DNA of 64,000 nt from Gammaproteobacteria bacterium (GCA_027293165.1 JAPUGB010000013.1:2604-66603), one strand, 5' to 3'. Positions 46,652 through 57,478 are shown, counted from the first letter of the stretch. The notes: a model not told the origin generated them from the sequence alone. A program made the numbers and translations.

Positions 46652-48208
46652 CTAATGGCGAAAATGGCGCATCCCAGTGAACAACATTGCAATGCCGTGC
46701 TCGTTAGCCGCCGCAATGACCTCCTCATCGCGAATCGAGCCGCCAGGTTGGATAATGACCCCTACTCCATGCGTGGCTCCGGCATCTATCCCGTCGCGGA
46801 AAGGCAGGAAAGCGTCGGATGCCATCGCCGCGCCCCGCAGCTCAAGGCCGCCTTCTGCAGCCTTCAGCGCGGCAATTTGGGCACTCATGACGCGGCTGGT
46901 CTGGCCCGCTCCAATACCCAAAGTTGCGCCGTCTCTGCAATAGACAATCGCGTTGGACTTGACGAACTTGGCAACTTTCCATGCGAGTAGAGCATCGGTT
47001 ACCTCTCGATCGGTCGGCACGCGTTCGGTGACGACAGTGAGTTCGGAACGACTTACCGAAGCAATGTCTCGGTCCTGCACCAACATACCACCGGCAATCT
47101 GGTGCAATTGCAGGCCTCCGCAGGGGGTCTCTGGAAGCTTCCCGCTCTCCAGGACGCGAATATTCGTTTTCTCCCGGAGTGCCTCGACGGCTGAATCATC
47201 AAAGCTGGGAGCGATGATCACCTCGATAAACTGCCGATCAATCATCGACGCAGCAGTCGGTCCGTCGACTGTGCCGTTGAATGCAATAACGCCGCCGAAT
47301 GCCGACTTCGGATCGGTGGCATAGGCTTTACCATAGGCCTCCAGGGGCGTTTCCGCGATGGCAACCCCACAGGGATTGGCATGCTTGACGATGACACAGG
47401 CCGTTCGATCAAGCGTTAACGCACACTCCGTTGCCGCATCCGCGTCAGCAATGTTATTGAACGACAATGGTTTCCCCTGGAGCTGTCGAGCCCCGATAAC
47501 AGCTCCTGTGCCACCCGGCAGTGTGGTATAGACGCCGGCCTGTTGATGTGGGTTCTCCCCGTAGCGCAAATCCGCATGGTGGCGCAGGCCCACAGGATAT
47601 TCTTCCGGCAGCGTCGTATCATTGTCGTTGGAACGCAAATAAGCCCAGATCGCCGCGTCATAACAGGCGGTGTGCGCAAACGCTTTCTTGGCGAGATTAA
47701 GACGGGTAGCTGGTGTCAGCTCACCGCCCTCACGTTTCAGTTCGCTGATAACGCTGTCGTAATCCTGTGGGTCCACTACAACAGCGACGCGTTCATGGTT
47801 TTTAGCCGCCGCGCGAATCATCGCCGGTCCCCCAACGTCGATTTTCTCTATTGCATCAGCGAACGTGCATTCCGATTGCGCAACCGTTGTCTCAAACGGA
47901 TATAGATTTACGACTAGCAAATCAATTGGCTTGATTGAGTGCTCTTCCATGGAATCAGTGTCGACTTCGAGGCGGCCCAGTAGCCCGCCATGAATTGCAG
48001 GATGGAGCGTTTTAACGCGTCCACCCAGAATTTCCGGAAAGCCGGTGACCTCAGAAACTTCTTGGACCGTGATGTCGGCTGATCGCAAATGCGAAGCGGT
48101 TCCACCCGTCGAAATAATATCGGCACCCATACGGATCAATGCCCGGGCAAATTCAACAATCTCCGTTTTATCGGAGACGCTGATCAGAGTTCGAAAACGG
48201 TGACTCAT
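46652..48208 (-). CDS. purH: Bifunctional AICAR transformylase / IMP cyclohydrolase
   Basis: [26 protein letters not shown], and C-terminal QPGGSIRD...[11 protein letters not shown]. Confidence 0.95.
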   Translation of the reverse strand: MSHRFRTLISVSDKTEIVEFARALIRMGADIISTGGTASHLRSADITVQEVSEVTGFPEILGGRVKTLHPAIHGGLLGRLEVDTDSMEEHSIKPIDLLVVNLYPFETTVAQSECTFADAIEKIDVGGPAMIRAAAKNHERVAVVVDPQDYDSVISELKREGGELTPATRLNLAKKAFAHTACYDAAIWAYLRSNDNDTTLPEEYPVGLRHHADLRYGENPHQQAGVYTTLPGGTGAVIGARQLQGKPLSFNNIADADAATECALTLDRTACVIVKHANPCGVAIAETPLEAYGKAYATDPKSAFGGVIAFNGTVDGPTAASMIDRQFIEVIIAPSFDDSAVEALREKTNIRVLESGKLPETPCGGLQLHQIAGGMLVQDRDIASVSRSELTVVTERVPTDREVTDALLAWKVAKFVKSNAIVYCRDGATLGIGAGQTSRVMSAQIAALKAAEGGLELRGAAMASDAFLPFRDGIDAGATHGVGVIIQPGGSIRDEEVIAAANEHGIAMLFTGMRHFRH

Positions 48209-48269
48209 GGCCTGGCCAGCCTGCCGAGCTTGTCAACATGATAGCGAGTTCGGATGAGGCGCGAATGCC

Positions 48270-48587
48270 TTAGTCCAGCAGGTGGTAGATCTTCAGCTTT
48301 TTGCGCAGGGTCGCCCGGTTGATACCGAGAATATTCGCCGCAAGCGTTTGATTGCCCCGAGTATAATCCATCACCGTTGCGAACAGCGGTGGCTCGATCT
48401 CACCCATCACCAGGCCGTAGAGTTCGGCCGGTTTGTGGCCATTCAAGTCCTTCAGATATGACTTTAACGCTTCCTCAGTGAGGCTTCTAAGTGGTCGGTT
48501 CCTGACTTGTACCGGATGATCCTTGTTGTTCGTTCCGGATCCGTCGGATTTTCTTGTCGAAGCTTTCTTGGTTCTCGTTCTTGGCAC
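48270..48587 (-). CDS. fis: DNA-binding protein Fis
   Basis: C-terminal TRGNQTLAANILGINRATLRKKLKIY matches Fis [26 protein letters not shown]. 105 aa. Only one in-frame ATG is available (48587). Confidence 0.9.
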   Translation of the reverse strand: MPRTRTKKASTRKSDGSGTNNKDHPVQVRNRPLRSLTEEALKSYLKDLNGHKPAELYGLVMGEIEPPLFATVMDYTRGNQTLAANILGINRATLRKKLKIYHLLD

Positions 48588-49618
48588 TGGTCGGGCACTC
48601 CCTCACGTGAACGCTTTTGCTTAGCCACCCGTCCTTGTTCGTCGTAGCGATCGAAAAATTCCCTGGTTAGACGCTTCTGCTCACTGACTGTTTCGACGCG
48701 CACAAAAAAATCGCGAAACTCGCCGGCCCTTTCCAAATACCGGCAATACCATGACAGATGCTTTCTCGCTACTCGGACGCCCCGGTCTTTTCCGTAAAGT
48801 TGGTACAGGGCGTCGAGGTGTTCGAGAATGATATCACGCCGGATTGCTATTGAGAGTGGTTTCGGCAAAACTTTTGTTTCCAGGAAGCTGGATATTTGCT
48901 GAAAAATCCAGGGCTGTCCCAGTGCTGCGCGACCAATCATGACACCGTCAGCTCCGGTTTGATCCAGAATTCTCGCTGCTTCAGATGGTTCGCCAATGTC
49001 GCCATTGGCAAAAACTGGAATCGAAACAACGGATTTGATTGCCCGAATCGTTTCGTACTCTGCTTTGCCGCGAAACATGCATGCTCGCGTTCGCCCGTGC
49101 ACGGCGATGGATTTAATTCCAACCGATTCAGCAAGTTTCGCAATTCTCACGCCGTTGCGATGTTCCGGGTCCCAGCCGGTCCGCATCTTGAGGGTTACCG
49201 GTACTGCAACGGCATTGGCAACCGCTTCCAGTATCCGTCGTACAAGGCCGTCATCCTTCAATAAAGCTGATCCGGCCAGTTTCCGGCACACTTTTTTTGC
49301 CGGACATCCCATATTGATATCGATGACCTCGGCGCCGAGTTGAACCGCGGCCCGCGCTGCGGCTTGCATTTTATGGGCGTCGGCACCGGCGATCTGGACG
49401 ATCTTCAACCCGTTTTCGGAAGTCAGCATTAATCGCTGACGGCTCTTCTCGGTTTGCCACAATCTCGTATCTGAAGTGGTCATCTCAGTTACGGCGAAGG
49501 CTGCCCCGAAGCGTCGGCAAATTGAGCGGAACGGTTGGTCTGTCAGTCCAGCCATCGGCGCCAGAACAGCCTGACCATTCACAGGGTACGGTCCGATCTG
49601 CAGTTTCGCTGTAGTCAT
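48464..49618 (-). CDS. dusB: tRNA-dihydrouridine synthase B
   Basis: LAPMAGLTDQPFR, IDINMGCPAKKV, HGRTRACMF and GRAALGQPWIF blocks. Start placed at MTTAKL (ATGA overlap with the upstream gene at 49615-49618). The C-terminus extends 124 nt into fis. Confidence 0.9.
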   Translation of the reverse strand: MTTAKLQIGPYPVNGQAVLAPMAGLTDQPFRSICRRFGAAFAVTEMTTSDTRLWQTEKSRQRLMLTSENGLKIVQIAGADAHKMQAAARAAVQLGAEVIDINMGCPAKKVCRKLAGSALLKDDGLVRRILEAVANAVAVPVTLKMRTGWDPEHRNGVRIAKLAESVGIKSIAVHGRTRACMFRGKAEYETIRAIKSVVSIPVFANGDIGEPSEAARILDQTGADGVMIGRAALGQPWIFQQISSFLETKVLPKPLSIAIRRDIILEHLDALYQLYGKDRGVRVARKHLSWYCRYLERAGEFRDFFVRVETVSEQKRLTREFFDRYDEQGRVAKQKRSREGVPDQCQEREPRKLRQENPTDPERTTRIIRYKSGTDHLEASLRKR

Positions 49619-50910
49619 CGTGCCGCTTTCCGGTCGCATTTCAAACCCGCATAGCGGGTCATGACGCAAAGATCGAGTTCGTAACCCTGGGCTGCGTCGC
49701 CAGGGTCTTCAACAGTGACGCTGATTGGCAGCAGATTTCCGGGGCGAAGCATCGTACCGGCCGATGACCGGTCGTTCCGGTACTCGAATGCACTGAAAAC
49801 GCCGCGGGCAACCAGGTTTGACCACCGGTCGCGCAGCACGATGCGCAAGAGGGGTTCGCCGACTGCTTCCGTACCCTTGATCATCATCTGCGCCCGGATA
49901 TCGAGAACCCCAGGCCTCGATTCTCCAGATACGGCTTCCGAGCCACGGATCTCGTAGGCGTGCAGATCCCACTCCGGATATAAAGACCAGCTAAGCCTAG
50001 AGTAGATGGCCCGGATAGCTTGCCCGTACCGGGCGTGGGTGGCCAGCGCGTCCCGGTTGTCGTGCACCAACTGCAGAAGCAGGGTAATCAATAATGTGAC
50101 GCTGCCGATCGTCCACCATCGATTGTTGGCGATCGCTCCGTTGCGAAGCTTGTCCCCGGTATCCGCGGTCGGGGACAGGTCCCGCCAGCCGGGTATTCCT
50201 GGGTCGGTGGTCTCCCCGTCTTCGACGGTATCGGTTCGCGGTCGTGAATCCTGACTGTATTCGGCGAAATCATCAGGATCCGCCGCACTGCCCGGGCGGG
50301 TCCCGGTGTTATCAGCTGCTTCCGCCCCGATCTCGTAACCGTTATCCGGTGGACTCGTGGTGGAGGTTTCCCCTTCAACGACAAACACAGGCCCGTCGTC
50401 ATCGGCCTCATCGAGAATGTTTCTGAGCCATTCGTCCTCACCCGTGGTGCCTGTATCGTCCTCCGTCTCGTCCCCGGTTCCGCTTTCGGCGCTGACACTT
50501 GTGCGCTGTTCGGATCCAGAGGCTTCCGAACCGGACTGGAAATTCGGAGCGGATGGTACCGTCTCTTCTGCCGCTGCCGGGCCAGGCCCATCTGCTTCCT
50601 CTGGGTCGTTGGTTTCGCCAAAGTACCCGGACAGTTGACCGCTCAGCTGATCGTAGTCGACAGACCCGATCGTTGACGGGTCCCCGGAATCTGCATCAGT
50701 CGCGCGCGGCGGGCTGTCCGCGCTGGATTCGACGGTGCTCCGCCCGCCTTGTATTTGGTCCGCCGCATTATCGGGCTGCTCTTCGCTGAGTGTCGTCAGC
50801 GCGTCGAAAACGGCCTCGCATTTTCCGCAACGCACGGAGCCCTGCGCCAGCCGCAGCTGCTTCGCTGTCACGCGAAATGACGTGCTGCATTCAGGGCATC
50901 GGGTCAGCAT
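49615..50910 (-). CDS. Zinc-ribbon / DUF3426 domain protein
   Basis: MLTRCPECSTSFRVTAKQLRLAQGSVRCGKCEAVFDAL (MJ0042-type zinc ribbon), a long acidic low-complexity linker, a TM segment, and a C-terminal DUF3426-like domain. It sits between prmA and dusB, as in Pseudomonas. Confidence 0.75.
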   Translation of the reverse strand: MLTRCPECSTSFRVTAKQLRLAQGSVRCGKCEAVFDALTTLSEEQPDNAADQIQGGRSTVESSADSPPRATDADSGDPSTIGSVDYDQLSGQLSGYFGETNDPEEADGPGPAAAEETVPSAPNFQSGSEASGSEQRTSVSAESGTGDETEDDTGTTGEDEWLRNILDEADDDGPVFVVEGETSTTSPPDNGYEIGAEAADNTGTRPGSAADPDDFAEYSQDSRPRTDTVEDGETTDPGIPGWRDLSPTADTGDKLRNGAIANNRWWTIGSVTLLITLLLQLVHDNRDALATHARYGQAIRAIYSRLSWSLYPEWDLHAYEIRGSEAVSGESRPGVLDIRAQMMIKGTEAVGEPLLRIVLRDRWSNLVARGVFSAFEYRNDRSSAGTMLRPGNLLPISVTVEDPGDAAQGYELDLCVMTRYAGLKCDRKAAR

Positions 50911-50918
50911 CGGATGAA

Positions 50919-51802
50919 CTAGTGCGCGCGCGCGCCGGCAAGCAAGATCCAACCATCCTGCTCATTTTTCACAGACAGCTCGATCCAGTTGGCGTATGCA
51001 AGCCTGATTTCTTCAGACTGGTGGTCGAGAATTCCGCTCAAAATTACGTTGGCACCTGGCGCCATGATTTTGCTCAGCGTCGGAGCAAGATCAATCAGCG
51101 TCCCGCTCAATATATTGGCCACAAGCACATCATACTGCGCGTTCACCGGCAGGTCCGAAACCGTCAGCACTCCCAGCCGGTCGCCACAGGCGTGTCGGCT
51201 GGCGTTAGCCTGGGTAGCTTGCAGGGCCTGATCATCCCGATCAACGGCGACCGCATTGCGCGCGCCGAGGGCCAGTGCGGCAATTGCCAGCACGCCGGAA
51301 CCACAGCCAAAATCCAGCACCGTTTTTCCTTCCAGCGGCGTACAGGCAAGCCACTCAAGACACATCGCAGTGGTAGCATGTGCACCGGTACTAAACGCCA
51401 GACCCGGCTCGAGAATGACCTCGGACTAACCTGTCTCCTGCTTTTTCGGTGCTGACGGCCAGATCCGCAGGCGTTTCCCAAAGCTCATGGGATGTGCGTG
51501 CCGTTTCCACTCCTGCTGCCAGTCGTGGTCTGGGATGACCGAGAATTCCAGTGAGTTCAAATCGGCTCCGGTCAGTCGCGTTTGAATCTCATCGGCCACC
51601 GCGTCACTGCGAAAGGAAATTGGCAGAAGCGCCGACACGCGTGTCCTTGCCCAAAGCGGTGTAGATCCGCCGCTGGCTCGAGTACGGGATCGGATCCGGC
51701 ATTACTGAAAGAGATCGCGACAGCGCCAATCGACTCAAGCACGTCCTGCAGGGATTCGGGCTCGAGTCGGCCCAGGTTTATTGCAAGTTGTAGCCAGGGC
51801 AT
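50919..51802 (-). pseudogene. prmA: Ribosomal protein L11 methyltransferase gene, disrupted by one frameshift and one in-frame TAG
   Basis: Three ORF pieces (51572-51802, 51426-51638, 50919-51365) together tile PrmA: MPWLQL.., DHDWQQEWKRHAHPMSFGKRLRIWPS, EPGLAFSTGAHATTAMCLEWL, DFGCGSGVLAIAA. The frame changes near 51665-51675. Pieces 2 and 3 share a frame and are separated by TAG at 51426-51428. Confidence 0.7.
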
Positions 51803-51837
51803 GTGCGCTGCCTGTCAACGACAGTTTCGTTGGACAC

Positions 51838-53178
51838 TCACAAACCCAGTCGCTTCTCAAGATAGTGAATATCGGTTCCACCCGCCTTGAATGCCGCATG
51901 CTGGAAGATTTCCTGGTGCAAAACAATATTGGTCTCAATGCCGTCAATGACCATCTCGTTCAATGCAGTCCGCATTCTCGCCACCGCTGATTTGCGATTA
52001 TTGCCACAAGCAATGACCTTGGCGATCATAGAGTCATAGAAAGGCGGCACGGTATAACCGCTGTATAGATGGCTATCAACCCGGATTCCCGGTCCGCCGG
52101 GCGGGTGCCACAACTCGATTTGTCCGGGAGATGGGGTGAAATTCTTCGGGTTTTCGGCGTTGATTCGGCACTCGATGGCGTGACCCCGCAGTGATAAGTC
52201 TTCTTGCGAAAAGCTAAGCTTTTCACCCGCAGCAATTCGCAATTGTTCAATAACCAGATCGACGCCGGTGATCATCTCAGTAACGGTGTGCTCTACTTGC
52301 AGGCGGGTATTTACTTCTATGAAATAAAACTGACCATCCTGGTATAGAAACTCAAAAGTTCCTGCGCTCGTGTAACCGACTTTTCGACACGTTTCAGCAC
52401 AGCGCTCGCCCATTTCTGTCCGTTGTTCGGTCGTAATCCCAGGCGCCGGGGCTTCCTCGATGATTTTCTGATGTCGACGTTGCATCGAGCAATCGCGGTC
52501 ATAAAGATGAACCGCGTTACCGAACGTATCCGCAAGAACCTGGAATTCGATGTGCCGCGGCCGCTCGAGAAATTTCTCCATGTAAACGGTGTCGTTGCCA
52601 AAGGCAGCCTGCGCTTCCGCTTGAGTGACTGAAATCGCATTAAGCAGCGACGCTTCGGTATGCACCACGCGCATACCCCGACCACCGCCTCCCCCGGCGG
52701 CCTTGATGATGACCGGATAATCGATATCGCGAGCGATTCGGATATTTTCGTCGGGATCCTCTGCTAAAGGGCCATCAGAACCGGGCACGGTCGGGACGCC
52801 TGCTTCCTTCATTACTTTAATTGCGGAAACCTTGTCCCCGAGTAAACGGATAACTTCAGGTGGAGGTCCAATGAAGGTGAATCCACTGGATGCAACTCGC
52901 TCGGCGAAATCCGCGTTCTCGGACAAAAATCCATAACCCGGATGAATTGCTACAGCGTCGGTTACCTCGGCTGCGCTGATTATCGCCGGCATATTAAGGT
53001 AGCTGTCCGCTGACGGCGCTGGTCCAATGCAAACTGTTTCGTCGGCCAACAGCACATGCTTTTGATTGGCGTCCGCCGTTGAATGGACCGCAACGGTTTT
53101 TATTCCCAGCTCCCGGCATGCCCGCTCGATACGAAGGGCGATTTCGGCGCGGTTGGCAATGACAACTTTATCCAACAT
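51838..53178 (-). CDS. accC: Acetyl-CoA carboxylase biotin carboxylase subunit
   Basis: [18 protein letters not shown]-terminus, ATP-grasp [10 protein letters not shown]. 446 aa. Confidence 0.95.
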   Translation of the reverse strand: MLDKVVIANRAEIALRIERACRELGIKTVAVHSTADANQKHVLLADETVCIGPAPSADSYLNMPAIISAAEVTDAVAIHPGYGFLSENADFAERVASSGFTFIGPPPEVIRLLGDKVSAIKVMKEAGVPTVPGSDGPLAEDPDENIRIARDIDYPVIIKAAGGGGGRGMRVVHTEASLLNAISVTQAEAQAAFGNDTVYMEKFLERPRHIEFQVLADTFGNAVHLYDRDCSMQRRHQKIIEEAPAPGITTEQRTEMGERCAETCRKVGYTSAGTFEFLYQDGQFYFIEVNTRLQVEHTVTEMITGVDLVIEQLRIAAGEKLSFSQEDLSLRGHAIECRINAENPKNFTPSPGQIELWHPPGGPGIRVDSHLYSGYTVPPFYDSMIAKVIACGNNRKSAVARMRTALNEMVIDGIETNIVLHQEIFQHAAFKAGGTDIHYLEKRLGL

Positions 53179-53243
53179 GATTGAGTTACCGCGTCATTCG
53201 GCGAAGAACACCGTGTTGATGCCCGGGGCGCAAAGCCAGCCGG

Positions 53244-53723
53244 TCAACCGATAATAAACAGCAGTTGGCCGTATTCGACCGGATCGCCGTTTTCCGCTTC
53301 GATCGATATAACGCGACCCGCGACGTCGGCTTCTATTTGATTCATCATTTTCATCGCTTCGATGATGCAGAGAGTGTCACCTGCATCAATTTGATCTCCG
53401 ACACCGACGAAGGGATCAGCCGTGGGGCCCGAGGCCCGGTAAAAAGTACCGACCATTGGCGCTAGGACCCGATGGCCTTGTTCGTCGGACTCGCCAGGGC
53501 TGCCTACCGGGACATCCGCAGTGGGTTGCTTTGGCGCTTCCAATGCGACGGGCGGAGCAGCGGGCGCGGGATGAGCTGGCGCTGCGGCGGGCGCCGCCGC
53601 TGCTGGCGCCGAAGTTGGAAACCGGCTTATGCGGACCGCTTCCTCACCTTCGGTGATCTCAATCTCTGCGATTCCCGACTCTTCCAGCAGTTCAATCAGT
53701 TTCTTTACTTTGCGAATGTCCAT
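53244..53723 (-). CDS. accB: Acetyl-CoA carboxylase biotin carboxyl carrier protein
   Basis: Ala/Pro-rich linker and biotinylation motif EAMKMMN. Confidence 0.95.
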   Translation of the reverse strand: MDIRKVKKLIELLEESGIAEIEITEGEEAVRISRFPTSAPAAAAPAAAPAHPAPAAPPVALEAPKQPTADVPVGSPGESDEQGHRVLAPMVGTFYRASGPTADPFVGVGDQIDAGDTLCIIEAMKMMNQIEADVAGRVISIEAENGDPVEYGQLLFIIG

Positions 53724-53743
53724 GGCCGGTTTCTTGCTCGGTG

Positions 53744-54193
53744 CTAGGCAGGTTGATCTTGCAGGTATTGGTGAGCCGCGTGTAACCCCAGCTCATAGCC
53801 CTGTGGTCCAAGTCCAGCGATGGTGCCCACGGCGATGTCTGAGTAATACGATTGTTTGCGAAAATCTTCACGGGCGTAGATGTTGCTGATATGTATTTCG
53901 ATGAACGGAATACCTACCGCCAGTAACGCGTCGCGCAAGGCAACGCTGGTGTGGGTAAACGCTCCGGGGTTTAGCAGGATAAATTCGACGCGGCCGGCGG
54001 CGTTCTGAACTCGATCGACCAGCTCGGCTTCAGCGTTGCTCTGGAAGGCCTCTAAGCTGTGGCCCACCTTGCCCGCTGCTGCCGCCACGGATTTCTCGAT
54101 ATCCGCCAGGGTTGTGGAACCGTAGACCTCCGGTTCCCGGGTGCCTAGAAGATTGAGGTTCGGGCCGTTCAGAAGAAGTATTGTTGCCATCAT
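53744..54193 (-). CDS. aroQ: Type II 3-dehydroquinate dehydratase
   Basis: [21 protein letters not shown] and NPGAFTHTS motifs. Confidence 0.95.
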   Translation of the reverse strand: MMATILLLNGPNLNLLGTREPEVYGSTTLADIEKSVAAAAGKVGHSLEAFQSNAEAELVDRVQNAAGRVEFILLNPGAFTHTSVALRDALLAVGIPFIEIHISNIYAREDFRKQSYYSDIAVGTIAGLGPQGYELGLHAAHQYLQDQPA

Positions 54194-54298
54194 ATCGCCA
54201 TTTTTGCCGACGATAGCGGCACGTTAAACGAATATAGGCGCAAAATAAAGGCATATGCCCCATTTCGGCCGAAGCCATCCGGCCCGGTTCCCTGCCCC

Positions 54299-54913
54299 CT
54301 AGAGCGCCTGCAGTCGTTGACGCGCGGCGTTCACGCCAATCTCACCGGCCCGGAGCTCGGCCGTCACGGCAACAATCAGCTTCAGGTCATCCGCATGCAG
54401 TTCTCCCAGCTGGATTTTCAGGATTTGCCCGTCTTGGTCCACCAGTACGGTAAATGGGAGGCCGAGAAAATCCAGACCGAACCCGTCCGTGACTTCGATG
54501 GCATCCTCCTGTCCCACGAGGATCGGGTAGGTGATGCCGGTCTCTATCGTGAAGGCACTGACATCGGGTGCACGGTCTATCGCTATGCCGATAACCTGGA
54601 GGCCGTCGTTGCCAAATTCTTCATGCAATTTTTGCAGCAGTGGCATCTCGCGTCGGCAGGGCGCGCACCAGGTTGCCCAGAAATTAATCAAGATAGGTTG
54701 GCCCGACCAGTCCGAAATCGGGCGAGGGACACCATTCAGGTCTGAAAGTACGAAATCCGGCAACACGGTCGCGGCGTTTGTCAGATCGGGCTGCGGGATT
54801 AGTCTGCCGCTATCGTCGATGGAGAGACTCAGGTTCCGGCCGAAGTACAGGCCGGCGGTCAGGCAGGCGGCCACAATTAGTGTCCAACGGACGATTTGGA
54901 TTTTACGCCGCAT
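54299..54913 (-). CDS. TlpA/ResA-family periplasmic thiol:disulfide oxidoreductase
   Basis: N-terminal TM anchor and thioredoxin fold with the FWATWCAPC active site. Confidence 0.8.
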   Translation of the reverse strand: MRRKIQIVRWTLIVAACLTAGLYFGRNLSLSIDDSGRLIPQPDLTNAATVLPDFVLSDLNGVPRPISDWSGQPILINFWATWCAPCRREMPLLQKLHEEFGNDGLQVIGIAIDRAPDVSAFTIETGITYPILVGQEDAIEVTDGFGLDFLGLPFTVLVDQDGQILKIQLGELHADDLKLIVAVTAELRAGEIGVNAARQRLQAL

Positions 54914-54920
54914 TGCTGCG

Positions 54921-57140
54921 CTAATTCATCACAGTTTGCAAATGTACCAGGAAGTCATCGGGCGGCACGTAGCCGATGACCCGCCCGGCTCGAACTTCGC
55001 TACCTTGCCGGTCGAAGAAAACAATCGTGGGTGGGCCAAATATTCCGAAACGTCGCATCAGAGCCTGATCAACCTCATCGTTGGCGGTCACGTCAGCTTG
55101 CAGCAGCACGGTCGCAGATAACGCCGCCTGCACCGCAAGATCAGTAAAGGTGAAGTGCTCCATTTCCTTGCAGGACACACACCAGTCAGCATAGAAATCC
55201 AGCATAACCGTTCGCTCTGATGCCGCTGCCAGCTGAAGCTCGCTGTCCAGGTCCGCAACCGACTTTATGCGTTTGAATTCCAGTTCGGCAGCAGGTACCG
55301 ACGTAGCGCCGATTCTCTGCAGCGGCTGCAAAGGATTCTGCGCACCAGTCAACGCGCCAATTAGCAGAGTCGCTCCGTAAAGAACGGCCAGCAAACCGAA
55401 TCCCTTGCCAAGCTTGCGCGATGGACCGGAATGTTCCGTCAGGGGCTGAAAAGCCCCGAGGAAAACTCCAGCTACAAAAACCAGTAGCGCCCAAAGGCCC
55501 ATCGTAATCTCGCCTGGCAGAATCCGGTCCAACATCCACACAGCCAGACCGAGCAGTAGAAACCCGAATGCGGCCTTGATCGCGTCCATCCAGGGCCCCG
55601 CCTTCGGTAAGAGTTTGCCCGCCGAGGTGCCAATGATGATCAGTGGCAAGCCCATTCCCAGGCTGAGTGCAAACAGAGCCAGCCCGCCCCTCAACGTGTC
55701 GCCGGTTTCCGCGACCACTGCCAGCGCCGCCACCAGTGGAGGCGCAACACAGGCGGTGACGACAAGCGCGGATAGCGCGCCCATGAATATCGTGCCGGCA
55801 TAAGTACCGGCCTTTTGCTCACCACTGATAGCCGCAAGACGTGTCTGCCAGGCAGCGGGCATCTGCAGTTCGTACAGCCCAAACATTGCCAGTGCGAGCA
55901 CGACGAACAATGCTGCAACGCTGACAATTATCCAGGGGTCCTGAAATACGGCTTGGACTTGCTGTCCGGCCAACGCGAATACAGCGCCGGCAATTGAATA
56001 GGTGACGGACATGCCGAGCACGTAGGCCAAAGACAGGAAGAACGCTCGGCGCGTCGTGACCTCCGCGCCCTGACCGGCGATGATGCCCGATAAGATGGGA
56101 ACCATGGGTAACACGCAGGGCGTGAACGCCAATAACAGGCCGAAGCCCATGAATGCGGCCAACACGGTAAACAGGTTGCCACGGGCTATCATGGCGAACA
56201 GACGGTCTTGCTCGGATTCCGATGGCGCCATCGAGCGAGGCCGATCGGCTGCGGTTGCTCTTGGCAGCTCCACGGACATCAGTCTGAGCTGCTGCGGATA
56301 GCAAATGCTGTCCTTCTTGCAGCCCCGGTATCCGATCTGAACGTCAATTGCTCTGGGTTCCGGCGTAGCCCGCGACAGCGGTACCGTTGCGACCGCCTCA
56401 CGATAAAAAACTTCGGTATCGCCGAAGTATTCGTCCGATTCAGGCGTACCGGACGGCAGCAGCAACGCGCCGGTCTGCACACCATCAGCATCGGTGGAGA
56501 CCGAAATGCTGTCCCGGTAGAGATAGTAGCCCTCGGCGATGACCCAGTTGACCCTTAAGTTAAACGGATCGCTTACACCGATGAACGGCCGGAAAGCCTG
56601 CTCAGGCGGCAGCAGTTGGTCATCTGTCCGATATGGCGCATTCAGCAATTCGCGCAAGCCACCGGTATCTTGCATCGTGGCGCGCGAGGGTTCCGATGAG
56701 GCCAGGCGAAGCGTCGTGGTCCATTTCTGTGGCGGGTAGCACAAACCGAAATCCGCGCAGCCTTGCAGCCGCAGCTCGAGTTCCAGCTCGTTCGGTGCCC
56801 CCGCGCTGCGCTTGAATGGAATCCTGACCACCGCTTCGTGTCGGTAGATTTCCATTTCCCCAAAGAACTCGTCCGCGTGGGGTTCACCCTGCGGAAACAC
56901 GGCTTCCCCGAGATCGATGCCCGGCGTCAGGCCGCTGACACCCATGCGGTCCCGATACAGATAATGCTCCGGTTCAATGATCCAGCGGACCAGCACCTCG
57001 TCGCCCCGGATTTCCGTCCGGTAGCGAAAAGCCTCTTCAGGCCGCAAAACGTCCTGCGCGAATGCGTTCGACGCGACCGCGATCAACAGCAATCCGGCGG
57101 CCATGACATGCCGCAATGCATCGAAGTAATGCTGGAACAT
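54921..57140 (-). CDS. dsbD: Thiol:disulfide interchange protein DsbD with duplicated N-terminal alpha domain
   Basis: 739 aa. It has two alpha-like repeats, each ending in a C-x5-C motif (QGCADFGLCYPP at Cys128/134, RGCKKDSICYPQ at Cys274/280). The beta TM core has FTPCVLPM and VTACVAPP. The C-terminal thioredoxin domain has FYADWCVSCK. Confidence 0.85.
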   Translation of the reverse strand: MFQHYFDALRHVMAAGLLLIAVASNAFAQDVLRPEEAFRYRTEIRGDEVLVRWIIEPEHYLYRDRMGVSGLTPGIDLGEAVFPQGEPHADEFFGEMEIYRHEAVVRIPFKRSAGAPNELELELRLQGCADFGLCYPPQKWTTTLRLASSEPSRATMQDTGGLRELLNAPYRTDDQLLPPEQAFRPFIGVSDPFNLRVNWVIAEGYYLYRDSISVSTDADGVQTGALLLPSGTPESDEYFGDTEVFYREAVATVPLSRATPEPRAIDVQIGYRGCKKDSICYPQQLRLMSVELPRATAADRPRSMAPSESEQDRLFAMIARGNLFTVLAAFMGFGLLLAFTPCVLPMVPILSGIIAGQGAEVTTRRAFFLSLAYVLGMSVTYSIAGAVFALAGQQVQAVFQDPWIIVSVAALFVVLALAMFGLYELQMPAAWQTRLAAISGEQKAGTYAGTIFMGALSALVVTACVAPPLVAALAVVAETGDTLRGGLALFALSLGMGLPLIIIGTSAGKLLPKAGPWMDAIKAAFGFLLLGLAVWMLDRILPGEITMGLWALLVFVAGVFLGAFQPLTEHSGPSRKLGKGFGLLAVLYGATLLIGALTGAQNPLQPLQRIGATSVPAAELEFKRIKSVADLDSELQLAAASERTVMLDFYADWCVSCKEMEHFTFTDLAVQAALSATVLLQADVTANDEVDQALMRRFGIFGPPTIVFFDRQGSEVRAGRVIGYVPPDDFLVHLQTVMN

Positions 57141-57478
57141 TAGCCTACCGATTTAGTTAACCAGTCCAGATATGGAGCCGAACCCTGGGTAACAGGGACA
57201 CCGATGATTTCCGGAAGTTCATAGGGGTGAAGATCCGATATCGTGCTCTCAACCTCGCCAAACGCAACGGCCGTGGTCTTGATGAGCAGCAGTACCTCTT
57301 GATCCTTCTGAATGCTGCCCTCCCAGCGGTACAGGGACTCCACCCCCTCGATGCGGTTGACGCAGGCGGCCAGCCTCGCTTCGAGCAAAGCGGTGGCGAT
57401 GGCGTCAGCCGCCGAGCTGTCAGGGCAGGTACACAGCACTATCAAGGCTGAAGTTGTCATACCAGCGCCATAGGCCAA
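57140..57478 (-). CDS. cutA: Divalent-cation tolerance protein CutA
   Basis: 112 aa. [19 protein letters not shown] and the PYELPEI block. Directly upstream of dsbD as in E. coli. Confidence 0.85.
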   Translation of the reverse strand: MAYGAGMTTSALIVLCTCPDSSAADAIATALLEARLAACVNRIEGVESLYRWEGSIQKDQEVLLLIKTTAVAFGEVESTISDLHPYELPEIIGVPVTQGSAPYLDWLTKSVG

